Below are positions 1 to 15,000 of a stretch of DNA of 64,000 nt, in pieces (position 1 is the stretch's first letter; each line of letters opens with the position of its first letter). Where the stretch lies: the NCBI GenBank assembly GCA_964016885.1, contig OZ024751.1, forward strand, positions 6,758,001-6,822,000, in the 5' to 3' direction. The DNA comes from Eledone cirrhosa. Taxonomy: Eukaryota. The notes under the pieces were generated by a model. The model had not been told where the DNA came from. It saw nothing but the letters and a program-made list of their open reading frames with translations, and made no database searches. A program made the translations under genes and the position numbers.

Positions 1-3000
1 GGCGTGGTACAGTATGGTGTGATGTGGTGTGTGGTCTGGTTGTGGTATAATGTGGTGTGATGTGATCTGGTCTGGTGTAGTACAGTATGGTGTAATGTGG
101 TGTGTGGTTTGGTTTGGTAGAGTATTGTGTGATGTGTTGTGTGGTCTGGTGTGGAAAAGTATGGTGTGATCTTTTGTGTGGTCTGGTGTGGTATAGTGTG
201 GTGTGTGGTATGGTGTGATGTGGTGTGTGGTCTGGTACAGTGTGGTACAGTATGGTGTGATCTGGTGTGTTGTCTTGTGTGGTACAGTATGCTGTAATGT
301 GGTGTGTGGTCTGGTACGGTAGAGTGTGGTGTGATGTGGTGTGTGGTCTGGTGTGGTATAGTATGGCGTGTGGTATGGTGTGATGTGGTGTTTGGTCTGG
401 TACAGTGTGGTACAGTATGGTGTGATCTGGTGTGTGGTCTGGTGTGGTACAGTATGGCGTGATGTGGTGTGTTGTATGGTGTGGAACAGGTTGGTGTGCT
501 GTGGTGTGTGGTCTGGTGTTGTAGAGTATGGTGTTGTGTGGTGTGTGGTCTGGTGTGGCAGAGTGTGGTGTGGTGCGGTGTGTGGTCTGGTGTGGTACAG
601 TATGGTGTGATGTGGTGTGTGGTCTGGTGTGGCAGAGTGTGGTGTGATGTGGTGTATCGTCTGGTGTGGTATAATATGGTGTGATGTGGTGTGTGGTCTG
701 GTGTGGGAGAGTGTAGTGTGATGTGGTGTGTGGTCTGGTGTGGTACAGTATGGTGTGATGCAGTGTGTGGTCATGGTGATGTACAGTATGGTGTGATGTG
801 GTGTGTGGTCTGGTGTGGTACAGTATGGTGTGGTGTGGTGTGTGGTCTGGTGTGGTATAGTGTGGTGTGATGTGGTGTGTGGTCAGGTGTGGTATAGTAT
901 GGTGTGGTGTGGTGTGTGGTCTGGTGTGGTACAGTATGGTGTCATGTGGTGTGTCGTCTGGTGTTGTAGAGTATGGTGTGGTGTGGTGTGTGGTCTGGTG
1001 TGGTACAGTACGATGTGATGTGGTGTGTGGTCTGGTGTGGTACAGGTTGGTGTGATGTGCTATGTGATCTGGTGTGGTACAGTATGGTGTAATGTGGTGT
1101 GTGGTCTGGTGTGGTATAGTATGGTACAGTATGGTGTGATGTGGTGTGTGGTCTGGTGTCGTAGAGTATTGTATGGTGTGGTGTGTGGTCTGGTTTTGTA
1201 CAGTATGGTGTGATGTGGTCTGGTCTGGTGTGGTACAGTATGGTGTGGTGTTGTGTGTCGTATAGTATGGTGTGATGTGGCGTGTGGTCTGGTGTGGGAG
1301 AGTGTGGTGTGATGTGGTGTGTTGTCAGGTGTGGTATAGTATGGTGTGATGTGGTGTTTGGCCTGGTGTGGTACAGGTTGGTGTGATGTGGTGTGTGGCC
1401 TGGTGTGGTTCAGTGTGGTGTGATGTGGTGTGTGGTCTGGTGTGGTAGAGTATAGTGTGATGTGGTGTGTGGTCTGTTGTGGTACAGTATGGTGTGGTCT
1501 GGTTTTGTACAGTATGGTGTAGTGTTGTGTGTGGTCTGGTGTGGTATAGTATGGTGTGATGTGGTGTGTGGTCTGGTCTGCTGTGGTACAGTATGGTGTG
1601 ATGTAGTGTGTGGTCTGGTGATGGTATAATGTGGTGTGATGTGGTCTGGTCTGGTGTGGTACAGTGTGGTGTGATGTGGTGTGTGGTCTGGTGTGGTACA
1701 GTATGGTGTAGTGTTGTGTGTGGTCTGGTGTGGTATAGTATGGTGTGATGTGGTGTGTGGTCTGGTCTGCTGTGGTACAGTATGGTGTGATGTAGTGTGT
1801 GGTCTGGTGATGGTATAATGTGGTGTGATGTGGTCTGGTCTGGTGTGGTACAGTATGGTGTGGTGTGGTGTGTTGTCTGGTGTGGTATAGTATGCTGTGA
1901 TGTTGTGTGTGGTCTGGTGTGGTATAGTGAGGTGTGATGTGGTGTGTGGTCTGGCGTGGTACAGTATGGTGTGATGTGGTGTGTGGTCTGGTCTGCTGTG
2001 GTACAGTATGGTGTGATGTAGTGTCTGGTCTGGTGATAGTATGATGTGGTGTGATGTGGTCTGGTCTGGTGCGGTACTGTATGGTGTAATGTGGTGTGTG
2101 GTCTGGTGTGGTACAGTATAGTGTAAGGTGCTGGTTGGCCTGGTCTGGAAAAGTATGTTGTGATCTTGTGTGTGGTCTGGTGTGGTACAGTATGGTGTAA
2201 TGTGGTGTGTGGTCTGGTACGGTAAAGTATGGTGTAATGTGGTGTGTCGTGTGGTGTGGCATAATGTGGTGTGATGTGGTGTATGGTCTGGTGTGGTATA
2301 GTATGGTGTTAGTGGCGTGTGGTCTGGTGTGGTAGAGCGTGGTGTGATGTTGTGTGTAGTGTGGTGTGATATAGTATGGAGTGATGCAGTGTGTGGTCAT
2401 GGTGAGGTACAGTATGGTGCTATGTGGTGTGTGGTCTGGTGTGGTACAGTATGGTGTGGTTTGGTGTGTGGTCTGGTGTGGTATAGTGTGTTGTGATGTG
2501 GTGTGTGGACAGGTGTGGTATAGCATGGTGTGGGGTGGTGTGTGGTCTGGTGTGGTACAGTATGGTGTGATGTGGTGTATCGCCTGGTGTGGTATAGTAT
2601 GGTGTGATGTGGTGTGTGGTCTGGTGTGGTACAGTGTGGTGTGATGTGGTGTGTTGTCTGGTGTGGTATAGTATGCTGTGATGTTGTGTATGGGCTGGTG
2701 TGGTATAGCGTGGTGTGATGTAGTGTGTCGTTCTGGTGTGGTACAGTATGGTGTGATGTGGTGTGTGGTCTGGTGTGGTACGGTATGGTGTGATGTGGTG
2801 TGTGGTCTGGTGTGGTACAGTGTGATGTTGTGTGTGGTCTGGTGTGGTATAGTGATGTGTGATGTGGTGTGTGGTCTGGTGTGGTACAGTATGCTGTGAT
2901 GTGGTGTATGGTCTGTTGTGGTACAGTATGGTGTGATGTGGTATGTGGTCTGGTGTGGTACAGTGTGGTGTGATGTGGTGTGTCGTCTGGTGTGGTACAG

Positions 3001-6000
3001 TGTGGCGTGATGTGGTGTGTGGTCTGGTGTGGTACAGCATGGTATGATGTGGCATGTGGTCTGGTGTGGTAAAGTATGGTATGATGTGGTGTGTGGTCTA
3101 GTGTAGTACAGTATGGTGTGATGTGTGTGGTCTGGTGTGGTAGAGTATGGTGAGATGTGGTGTGTCGTCTGTTGTGATATAGTATGGGGTGATGTTGTGT
3201 GTGGTCTGGTGTGGTACAGTATGGTGTGGTGTGGTGTGTGGTCTGGTTTTGTACAGTATGGTGTGATGTGGTCTGGTCTGGTGTGGTACAGTGTGTAGTG
3301 ATGTGGTGTGTGGTCTGGTGTGGTACAGTATGGTGTGGTGTTGTATGTGGTCTGGTGTGGTGTGTGTTTCTGGTGTGGTACAGGTTGGTGTGGATGTGGT
3401 GTGTGGTCTGGTGTTGTAGATTATGGTGTGATGTGGTGTGTGGTCTGGTGTGGAATAGTATGGTGTGATGTGGTGTGTTGTCTGGTGTGGTAAAGTATGG
3501 TGTGATGTGGTGTGTGGTCTGGTGTGGTACAGTGTGGTGTGATGTGTTGTGTGGTCTGGTGTGGTATAGTATGGTGTGATGTGGTGTGTGGTTTGGTGTG
3601 GTATAGTGTGGTGTGATGTGGTGCGTGGTCTGGTGTGTTATAGTATCGTGTGATGCAGTGTGTGGTCATGGTGAGGTACAGTATGGTGTGATGTGGTGTG
3701 TGGTCTGGTCTGGTACAGTATGGTGTGATGTGGTGTTTTGTCGGGTGTGGTACAGTATGGTGTGGTGTGGTGTGTGGTCTGGTGTGGTATAGTGTGGTGT
3801 GATGTGGTGTGTGGTCAGGTGTGGTATAGTATGGTGTGATATGGTGTGTGGAATGGTGTGATGTGGTGTGTGGTCCGGTGTTTTGTAGTTTGGTTTGATG
3901 TGGTGTGTGGTCTGGTGTGTTGCAGTTTGGTTTGATGTGGTGTGTGGTCCGGTGTCGTATAATATGGTGTTGTGTGGTGTGTGGTCTGGCGTGATAGTGT
4001 GTGGTATGATGTGGTGTGTGGTCTGGTGTGGTACAGTATGGTGTGATGTGTTGTGTGGTCTGGGTTGGTACAGTATGGTGTGATGTGGTGTGTGGTCTGG
4101 TGTGATGTGGTGTGTGGTCTGTTGTGGTAGAGAATGGTGTGATGTGGTGTGTGGTCTGGTGTGGTACAGTATGGTGTGATGTGGTGTGTGGTCTGTTGTT
4201 GTAGAGAATGGTGTGGTGTGGTGTGTGGTCTGGTGTGATACAGTATGGTGTGATGTGGTGTGTGATCTGGTGTGATGTGGTGTGTGGTCTGGTGTGGTAC
4301 AGTATGGTGTGATGTGGTGAGTGATCTGGAGTGGTACAATATGGTGTGATGTGGTGTGTGGTCTGGTGTGATCTTGTGTATGGGCTTGTGTGGTACAGTA
4401 TGGTGTGATGTGGTGTGTGGTCTGGTGTGGTACGGTATGGTGTGATGTGGTGTGTGGTATGGTATGGTACAGTGTGGTGTTATGTGGTGTGTGGTCTGGT
4501 GTGGTACAGTGTGGTGTGATGTGGTGTGGTGTGTGGTCTGGTGTGGTACAGTGTGGTGTTATGTGGCGTGTGGTCGGGTGTGGTAGGGTATGGTGTTGTG
4601 AGGCGTGTGGTCTGGTGTGGTACAGTGTGGTGTGATGTGGTGTGTGGTCTGGTGTGGTACAGTATGGTGTGATGTGGTGCGTGGTCTGGTGTGGTGCAGT
4701 GTGGTGTGATGTGGTGTGTGGTCTGGTGTGGTACAGTGTGGTGTTATGTGGTGTGTGGTCTGGTGTGGTAGGGTATGGTGTTGTGTGGCGTGTGGTCTGG
4801 TGTGGTACAGTATGGTGTGATGTGGTGTGTGGTCTGGTGTGGTACAGGTTGGTGTGATGTGGTGTGTGGTCTGGTGTGGTAGAGTATGGTGTGTTGTGGT
4901 GTGTGGTCTGGTGTGGTTCAGTGCGGTGTGATGTGGTCTGGTAGAGTGTGGTACAGTATGGTGTGATGTGATGTGTGGTCTGGTGTGGTAGAGTATGGTG
5001 TGATGTGGTGTGTGGTATGGTCTGGTACAGGTTGGTGTGATGTGGTGTGTGGTCTGGTGTGGTAGAGTATGGTGTGGTGTGGTGTGTGGTCTGGTCTGGT
5101 TCAGTGCGGTGTGATGTGGTCTGGTACAGTGTGGTACAGTATGGTGTGATGTGGTGTGTGGTCTGGTGTGGTACAGTATGGTGTGATGTGGTGTGTTGTC
5201 TGGTGTGGTATAGTATGGTGTGATGCAGTGTGTGGTTATGGTGAGGTACAGTATGGTGTGATGTGGTGTGTGGTCTGGTGTGATGTGGTGTGTGGTCTGG
5301 TGTGGTAGAGTATGGTGTGATGTGGTGTGTGGTCTGGTGTGGTACAGTATGGTGTGATGTGGTGTGTGGTCTGGTGTGGTACAGGTTGGTGTGATGTGGT
5401 ACGTGGTCTGGTGTGGTACAGTATGGTGTGATGTGGTGTGTGGTCTGGTGTAGTACAGTATGGTGTGATGTGGTGTGTGGTCTGATGTGGTATAGTGTGG
5501 TGTGATGTAGTGTGTGGTCTGGTGTGGTACAGTATGGTTTGATGTGGCGTGTGGTCTGGTGTGGTACAGTATGGTGGAAAGCAGTGTGTGGTCTAGTGTG
5601 GTACAGTATGGTGTGATGTGGTGTGTGGTCTCGTGTGGTACAGTATGGTGTGATGTGGTGTGTGGTCTGGCGTGGTAGTGTGGTGTGATGTGGTGTGTGG
5701 TCTGGTGTGTTACAGTATGGTGTGATGTGGTGTGTGGTCTGGTGTGTTACAGTATGGTGTGATGCACTGTGTGGTCTGGTGTGGTACAGTGTGGTGTGAT
5801 GTGGTGTGTGGTCTGGTGTGGTTTCAGTGTGGTGTGATGTGGTGTGTGGTCTGGTGTGGTACAGTGTGGTGTTATGTGGCGTGTGGTCTGGTGTGGTAGG
5901 GTATGGTGTTGTGTGGCGTGTGGTCTGCTGTGGTACAGTGTGGTGTGATGTGGTGTGTGGTCTGGTGTGGTACAGTATGGTGTGATGTGGTGTGTGGTCT

Positions 6001-9000
6001 GCTGTGTTACAGTATGGTGTGATGTGGTGTGTGGTCTGGTGTGGTACAGTGTGGTGTTATGTGGCGTGTGGTCTGGTGTGGTAGGGAATGGTGTTGTGTG
6101 GTGTGTGGTCTCGTGTGGTACAGTATGGTATGATGCGGTGTGGGGTCTGGTGTGGTACAGTGTGGTGTGATGTGGTGTGTTGTCTGGTGTGGTACAGCTT
6201 GGTGTGATGTGGTGTGTGGTCTGCTATTGTAGAGCATGGTGTGGTGTGTGATCTGGTGTGGTACAGTATGGTGTGATGTGGTGTGTGGTCTGGTGTGGTA
6301 CTGTATGGTGTGATGTTGTGTTAGGTCTGGTGTGGTATAGTATGGTGTGATGTGGTGTGTGGTCTGGTGTGGTATAGTGTGGTTTGATGTGGGGTGTGGT
6401 CTGGTGTGGTATAGTATGGTGTGATGTGGTGTGTGGTCTTGTGTGTTATAGTATGGTGTGATGCGGTGTGTTGTCTGGTGTGGTACAGTATGGTGTGATG
6501 TGGTGTGTGGTCTGGTGTGTTACAGTATGGTGTGATGTGGTGTGTGGTCTGGTGTGATATAGTATGGTGTGATGTGGTGTGTGGTCTGGTGTGGTACAGT
6601 ATGGTGTGGTGTGGTGTGTGGTCTGGTTTTGTACAGTATGGTGTGATGTGGTCTGGTCTGGTGTGGTACAGTGTGTAGTGATGTGGTGTGTGGTCTGGTG
6701 TGGTACTGTATGGTGTGGTTTTGTGTGTGGTCTGGTGTGGTATAGTATGGTGTGATGTGATGTGTGCTCTGGTGTGGTATATTGTGGTATAATGTTGTCT
6801 GGTCTGCTGCGGTACAGAATGGTGTGATGTGGTGTGTGGTCTGGTGTGGAAGAGTATGGGGTGATGTGGTTTGTGGTCTAGTGTGGAAGAGTATGGGGTG
6901 ATGTGGTTTGTGGTCTGGTGTGGAAGAGTATGGTGTGATCTTGTGTGTGGTCTGGTGTGGTATAGTGTGGTGTGATGTGGTGTGTGGGCTCGTGTGGTAC
7001 AGTATGGTGTAATGTGGTGTGTGGTCTCGTGTGGTACAGTATGGTGTAACGTGGTATGTGGTCTGGTGTGGCATAGTGTGGTGTGATGTGGTGTGTGGTC
7101 TGGTGTGGTATAGTATGGTGTGATGTGGTGTGTGGTATGGTGTGATGTGGTGTGTGGTCGGGTGTGGTATAGTATGGTGTTGTGTGGTGTGTGGTCTGGT
7201 GTGGTAGAGTGTGGTGTGATGTGGTGTGTGGTCTGGTGTGGTATAGTATGGTGTGATGCGGTGTGTGGTCTGGTGTGGTACAGGTTGGTGTGATGTGGTG
7301 TGTGGTTTGGTGTTGTAGAGTATGGTATGATGCGGTGTGTGGTCTGGTGTGTTGCAGTTTGGTGTGATGTAGTGTGTGGTCTGGTGTGGTACAGTATGGT
7401 GTGATGTGGTGTGTGGTCTGGTGTGGAATAGTATGGTGTAATGTGGTGTGTTGTCTGGTGTGGTACAGTATGGTGTGATGTGGTGTGTGGTCTGGTGTGG
7501 TACAGTGTGGTGTGATGTGTTGTGTGGTCTGGTGTGGTATAGTATGGTGTGATGTGGTGTGTGGTTTGGTGTGGTATAGTGTGGTGTGATGTGGTGCGTG
7601 GTCTGGTGTGTTATAGTATCGTGTGATGCAGTGTGTGGTCATGGTGAGGTACAGTATGGTGTGATGTGGTGTTTTGTCGGGTGTGGTACAGTATGGTGTG
7701 GTGTGGTGTGTGGTCTGGTGTGGTATAGTGTGGTGTGATGTGGTGTGTGGTCAGGTGTGGTATAGTATGGTGTGATATGGTGTGTGGAATGGTGTGATGT
7801 GGTGTGTGGTCCGGTGTTTTGTAGTTTGGTTTGATGTGGTGTGTGGTCTGGTGTGTTGCAGTTTGGTTTGATGTGGTGTGTGGTCCGGTGTCGTATAATA
7901 TGGTGTTGTGTGGTGTGTGGTCTGGTGTGATAGTGTGTGGTATGATGTGGTGTGTGGTCTGGTGTGGTACAGTATGGTGTGATCTGGTGTGTGGTCTGGG
8001 TTGGTACAGTATGGTGTGATGTGGTGTGTGGTCTGGTGTGATGTGGTGTGTGGTCTGTTGTGGTAGAGAATGGTGTGATGTGGTGTGTGGTCTGTTGTTG
8101 TAGAGTATGGTGTGGTGTGGTGTGTGGTCTGGTGTGATACAGTATGGTGTGATGTGGTGTGTGATCTGGTGTGATGTGGTGTGTGGTCTGGTGTGGTACA
8201 GTATGGTGTGATGTGGTGTGTGATGTGGTGCGTGGTCTGGTGTGGTACAGTGTGGTGTGATGTGGTGTGTGGTCTGGTGTGGTACAGTGTGGTGTTATGT
8301 GGTGTGTGGTCTGGTGTGGTAGGGTATGGTGTTGTGTGGCGTGTGCTCTGGTGTGGTACAGTATGGTGTGATGTGGTGTGTGGTCTGGTGTGGTACAGGT
8401 TGGTGTGATGTGGTGTGTGGTCTGGTGTGGTAGAGTATGGTGTGTTGCGGTGTGTGGTCTGGTGTGGTAGAGTATGGTGTGGTGTGGTGTGTGGTCTGGT
8501 CTGGTTCAGTGCGGTGTGATGTGGTCTGGTACAGTGTGGTACAGTATGGTGTGATGTGGTTTGTGGTCTGGTGTGGTACAGTATGGTGTGATGTGGTGTG
8601 TTGTCTGGTGTGGTATAGTATGGTGTGATGCAGTGTGTGGTTATGGTGAGGTACAGTATGGTGTGATGTGGTGTGTGGTCTGGTGTGATGTGGTGTGTGG
8701 TCTGGTGTGGTAGAGTATGGTGTGATGTGGTGTGTGGTCTGGTGTGGTACAGTATGGTGTGATGTGGTGTGTGGTCTGGTGTGGTACAGGTTGGTGTGAT
8801 GTGGTACGTGGTCTGGTGTGGTACAGTATGGTGTGATGTGGTGTGTGGTCTGGTGTAGTACAGTATGGTGTGATGTGGTGTGTGGTCTGGTGTGGTATAG
8901 TGTGGTGTGATGTAGTGTGTGGTCTGGTGTGGTACAGTATGGTTTGATGTGGCGTGTGGTCTGGTGTGGTACAGTATGGTGGAAAGCAGTGTGTGGTCTA

Positions 9001-12000
9001 GTGTGGTACAGTATGGTGTGATGTGGTGTGTGGTCTGGTGTGGTACAGTATGGTGTGATGTGGTGTGTGGTCTGGCGTGGTAGTGTGGTGTGATGTGGTG
9101 TGTGGTCTGCTGTGTTACAGTATGGTGTGATGTGGTGTGTGGTCTGGTGTTACAGTATGGTGTGATGGAGTGTGTGGTCTGGTGTGGTACAGTGTGGTGT
9201 GATGCGGTGTGTGGTCTGGTGTGGTTTCAGTGTGGTGTGATGTGGTGTGTGGTCTGGTGTGGTACAGTGTGGTGTTATGTGGCGTGTGGTCTGGTGTGGT
9301 AGGGTATGGTGTTGTGTGGCGTGTGGTCTGCTGTGGTACAGTGTGGTGTGATGTGGTGTGTGGTCTGGTGTGGTACAGTATGGTGTGATGTGGTGTGTGG
9401 TCTGCTGTGTTACAGTATGGTGTGATGTGGTGTGTGGTCTGGTGTGGTACAGTGTGGTGTTATGTGGCGTGTGGTCTGGTGTGGTAGGGAATGGTGTTGT
9501 GTGGCGTGTGGTCTCGTGTGGTACAGTATGGTATGATGCGGTGTGGGGTCTGGTGTGGTACAGTGTGGTGTGATGTGGTGTGTTGTCTGGTGTGGTACAG
9601 CTTGGTGTGATGTGGTGTGTGGTCTGCTATTGTAGAGCATGGTGTGGTGTGTGATCTGGTGTGGTACAGTATGGTGTGATGTGGTGTGTGGTCTGGTGTG
9701 GTACTGTATGGTGTGATGTTGTGTTAGGTCTGGTGTGGTATAGTATGGTGTGATGTGGTGTGTGGTCTTGTGTGTTATAGTATGGTGTGATGCGGTGTGT
9801 TGTCTGGTGTGGTACATTATGGTGTGGTGTGGTGTGTGGTCTGGTTTTGTACAGTATGGTGTGATGTGGTCTGGTCTGGTGTGGTACAGTGTGTAGTGAT
9901 GTGGTGTGTGGTCTGGTGTGGTACTGTATGGTGTGGTTTTGTGTGTGGTCTGGTGTGGTATAGTATGGTGTGATGTGATGTGTGCTCTGGTGTGGTATAT
10001 TGTGGTATAATGTTGTCTGGTCTGCTGCGGTACAGTATGGTGTGATGTGGTGTGTGGTCTGGTGTGATACAGTATGTGGTGATGTAGTGTGTGGTCTGAT
10101 TGCGGTAGAGTATGGTGTGATGTGGTTTGTGGTCTGGTGTGGAAGAGTATGGTGTGATGTGGTTTGTGGTCTGGTGTGGAAGAGTATGGTGTGATCTTGT
10201 GTGTGGTCTGGTGTGGTATAGTGTGGTGTGATGTGGTGTGTGGGCTGGTGTGGTACAGTATGGTGTAATGTGGTGTGTGGTCTCGTGTGGTACAGTATGG
10301 TGTAACGTGGTATGTGGTCTGGTGTGGCATAGTGTGGTGTGATGTGGTGTGTGGTCTGGTGTGGTATAGTATGGTGTGATGTGGTGTGTGGTATGGTGTG
10401 ATGTGGTGTGTGGTCGGGTGTGGTATAGTATGGTGTTGTGTGGTGTGTGGTCTGGTGTGGTAGAGTGTGGTGTGATGTGGTGTGTGGTCTGGTGTGGTAT
10501 AGTATGGTGTGATGCGGTGTGTGGTCTGGTGTGTTGCAGTTTGGTGTGATGTAGTGTGTGGTCTGGTGTGGTACAGTATGGTGTGATGTGGTGTGTGGTC
10601 TGGTGTGGTAGAGTGTGGTGTGATGTGGTGTTTGGTCTGGTGTGGTATAGTATGGTGTGATGTAGTGTCTGGTCTGGTGTGGTACAGTATGGTGTGATGT
10701 AGTGTGTGGTCTGGTGTGGTACAGTATGATGTGATGTGGCGTGTGGTCTGGTGTTGTAGAGTATGGTGTGGTGTGGTGTGTGATCTGGTGTGGTACAGTA
10801 TGGTGTGATGTGGTGTGTGGTCATGTGTGGTACAGTATGGTGTGATGTGGTGTGTGGTCTGGTGTGGTATAGTATGGTCTGATGTGGTGTGTGGTCTGGT
10901 GTGGTACAGTGTGGTGTTATGTGGCGTGTGGTCTGGTGTGGTAGAGTGTGGTGTGATGTTGCGTGTGGCCTGGTGTGGTACAGTATGGTGTGATGCGGTG
11001 TGTGGTCTGGTGTGTTGCAGTTTGGTGTGATGTAGTGTGTGGTCTGGTGTGTTATAGTATGGTGTTGTGTGGCGTGTGGTCTGGTGTGGTACAGTGTGGT
11101 GTGATGTGGTACAGTATGGTGTGACGTTGTGTGTTGTCTGGTGTGGTATAGGGAGGTGTGATGTGGTGTTTGGTCTGGCTTGGTACAGTATGGTGTGATC
11201 TAGTGTGTGGTCTCGTTGTGGTATACAGTATGGTGTAATGTGGTGTGTGGTCTCGTGTGGTAGAGTGTGGTGTGATGTGGTGTGTGGTCTGGTGTGGTAT
11301 ATTATGGTGTAATGCGGTGTGTGGTCTGTTGTGCTACAGTGTGGTGTGATGTGGTGTGTGGTCTGGTGTGGTACAGGTTGGTGTGATGTGGTGTGTGGTC
11401 TGGTGTTGTAGAGTATGGTGTGATGTGGTGTGTTGTCTGGTGTTGTACAGTATGGTTTGATGTGGTGTGTGGTCTGGTGTGGTATAGTATGGTGTGATGT
11501 GGTGTGTGGTCTTGTGTATTGCAGTTTGGTGTGATGTGGTGTGTGGTCTGGTGTGGTACAGTATGGTGTGATGTGGTGTGTGGTCTGGTGTGGTACAGTA
11601 TGGTGTGATGTGGAGTGTGGTCTGGTGTATTGCAGTTTGGTGTGATGTGGTGTGTGGTCTGGTGTGGTACAGTATGGTGTGATGTGGTGTGTGGTCTGGT
11701 GTGGTACAGTATGGTGTGATGTGGTGTGTGGTCGGGTGTGGTACAGTATGGTGTGGTGTGGTCTGTGGTCTGGTGTGGTACGGTGTGGTGTGCTGTGGTG
11801 TGTGGTCTGGTGTGGTACAGGTTGGTGTGATGTGGTGTGTGGTCTGGTGTGGTAGAGTATGGTGTGATGTAGTGTGTGGTCTGGTGTGGTACAGTATGGT
11901 GTGATGTGGTGTGTGGTCTGGTGTGGTACAGGTTGGTGTGATGTAGTGTGTGGTCTGGTGTGGTAGAGTATGGTGTGATGTGGTGTGTGGTCTTGTGTGG

Positions 12001-15000
12001 TACAGTATGGTGTGATGTGGTGTGTGGTCTGGTGTGGTACAGGTTGGTGTGATGCGGTGTGTGGTCTGGTGTGGTACAGTATGGTGTGGTGTGGTGTGTG
12101 GGCTGGTGTGGTTCAGTGTGGTGTGATGTGGTGTGTGGTCTGGTGTGGTACAGTATGTTGTGATATGGTGTGTGGTCTGGTGTTGTACAGTGTGGTGTGA
12201 TGTGGTGTGTGGTCTCGTGTGGTACAGTATGGTGTAATGTGGTGTTAGGTCTGGTGCGGTAGCGTTTGGTGTGATGTGGTGTGTGGTCTGGTGTGGTATA
12301 GTGTGGTGTGATGTGGTTTGTGGTCTGGTGAGGTATAGTATGGTGTGATGTGGTGTGTGGTATGGTGTGATGTGGTGTGTGGTCTAGTGTGTTGCAGTTT
12401 GGTGTGATGTGGTGTGTGGTCTGGTGTGATATAGTATGGTGTTGCGTGGTGTGTGGTCAGGTGTGGTAGAGTGTGGTGTGATGTGGTGTGTGGTCTGGTG
12501 TGGTATAGTATGGTGTGATGTGGTGTGTGGTCTGGTGTGGTACAGTATGGTGTGATGTGGTGTGTTGTCTGGTGTGGTGTGGTGTGTGGTCTGGTGTGGT
12601 ACAGTATGGTGTGATGTGGTGTGTTGTCTGGTGTGGTGTGTGGTCTGGTGTGGTACAGTATGGTGTGATGTGGTGTTTGGTCTAGTGTGGTATAGTATGG
12701 TGTGATGTGGTGTGTGGTCTGGTGTGGTACAGTATGGTGTGATGTGGTGTGTTGTCTGGTGTGGTGTGGTGTGTGGTCTGGTGTGGTACAGTATGGTGTG
12801 ATGTGGTGTGTTGTCTGGTGTGGTGTGGTATGTGGTCTGGTGCGGTATAGTGTGGTGTGATGTGGTGTGTGGTATGGTATGGTACAGTATGGTGTGATGT
12901 GGTGTGTGGTCTGGTGTGGTACAGTATGGTGTTGTGTGGCGTGTGGTCTGGTGTGGTACAGTGTGGTGTGATGTGGTACAGTATGGTGTGACGTTGTGTG
13001 TTGTCTGGTGTGGGATAGGGAGGTGTGATGTGGTGTTTGGTCTGGCTTGGTACAGTATGGTGTGATGTAGTGTGTGGTCTGGTTGTGGTATAATGTGGTG
13101 TGATGTGGTCTGGTCTGGTGTGGTACAGTATAGTGTAATGTGGTGTGTGGTCTGGTGTGCTACAGTATGGTCTAATGTGGTGTGTGGTCTGGTGTGGTAG
13201 AGTATGATGTGATGTGGTGTCTGGTCTGGTGTGGTATAGTATGGTGTGATGTGGTATAGTGTGGTGTGATGTGGTGTGTGGTCTTGTGTCGTACAGTATG
13301 GTGTAATGTGGTGTGTGGTCTTGTGTGGTAGAGTGTGGGGTATGATGTGGTGTGTGGTCTGGTGTGTTATAGTATGGTGTGATGCGGTGTGTGGTCTGGT
13401 GTGCTACAGTGTGGTGTGATGTGGTGTGTGGTCTGGTGTGGTACAGGTTGGTGTGATGTGGTGTGTGGTCTGGTGCGGTAGCGTTTGGTGTGATGTGGTG
13501 TGTGGTCTGGTGTGGTATAGTGTGGTGTGATGTGGTGTGTGGTCTGGTGTGCTATAGTATGGTGTGATGTGGTGTGTGGTATGGTGTGATATGGTGTGTG
13601 GTCTCGTGTCGTACAGTATGGTGTAATGTGGTGTGTGGTCTCGTGTGGTAGAGTGTGGTGTATGATGTGGTGTGTGGTCTGGTGTGGTATAGTATGGTGT
13701 GATGCGGTGTGTGGTCTGGTGTGCTACAGTGTGGTGTGATGTGGTGTGTGGTCTGGTGTGGTACAGGTTGGTGTGATGTGGTGTGTGGTCTGGTGCGGTA
13801 GCGTTTGGTGTGATGTGGTGTGTGGTCTGGTGTGGTATAGTATGGTGTGATGTGGTGTGTGGTATGGTGTGATGTGGTGTGTGGTCTAGTGTGTTGCAGT
13901 TTGGTGTGATGTGGTGTGTGGTCTGGTGTGGTATAGTATGGTGTTGCGTGGTGTGTGGTCAGGTGTGGTAGAGTGTGGTGTGATGTGGTGTGTGGTCTGG
14001 TGTGGTATAGTATGGTGTGATGTGGTGTGTGGTATGGTGTGATGTGGTGTGTGGTCTAGTGTGTTGCAGTTAGGTGTGATGTGGTGTGTGGTCTGGTGTG
14101 GTATAGTATGGTGTTGCGTGGTGTGTGGTCAGGTGTCGTAGAGTGTGGTGTGATGTGGTGTGTGGTCTGGTGTGGTATAGTATGGTGTGATGTGGTGTGT
14201 GGTCTGGTGTGGTACAGTATGGTGTGATGTAGTGTGTTGTCTGGTGTGGTGTGGTGTGTGGTCTGGTGTGGTACAGTATGGTGTGATGTGGTGTGTGGTC
14301 TGGTGTGGTACAGTATGGTGTGATGTGGTGTTTGGTCTGGTGTGGTATAGTATGGTGTGATGTGGTGTGTGGTCTGGTGTGGTACAGTATGGTGTGATGT
14401 GGTATGTGGTCTGGTGCGGTATAGTGTGGTGTGATGTGGTGTGTGGTATGGTGTGGTACAGTATGGTGTGATGAGGTGTGTGGTCTGGTGTGGTACAGTA
14501 TGGTGTTATGTGGCGTGTTGTCTGGTGTGGTAGAGTGTGGTGTGATGTGGTGTGTGGTCTGGTGTGGTATAGTATGGTGTGATGCGGTGTGTGGTCTGGT
14601 GTGTTGCAGTTTGGTGTGATGTAGTGTGTGGTCTGGTGTGTTATAGTATGGTGTTGTGTGGCGTGAGGTCTGGTGTGGTACAGTGTGGTGTGATGTGGTA
14701 CAGTATGGTGTGACGTTGAGTGTTGTCTGGTGTGGTATAGGGAGGTGTGATGTGGTGTTTGGTCTGGCTTGGTACAGTATGGTGTGATGTAGTGTGTGGT
14801 CTGGTTGTGGTATAATGTGGTGTGATGTGGTCTGGTCTGGTGTGGTACAGTATGGTGTAATGTGGTGTGTGGTCTGGTGTGGTACAGTATGGTGTAATGT
14901 GGTGTGTGGTCTTGTGTGGTAGAGTATGATGTGATGTGGTGTCTGGTCTGGTGTGGTACAGTATGGTGTAATGTGGTGTGTGGTCTGGTGTGGAAGAGTA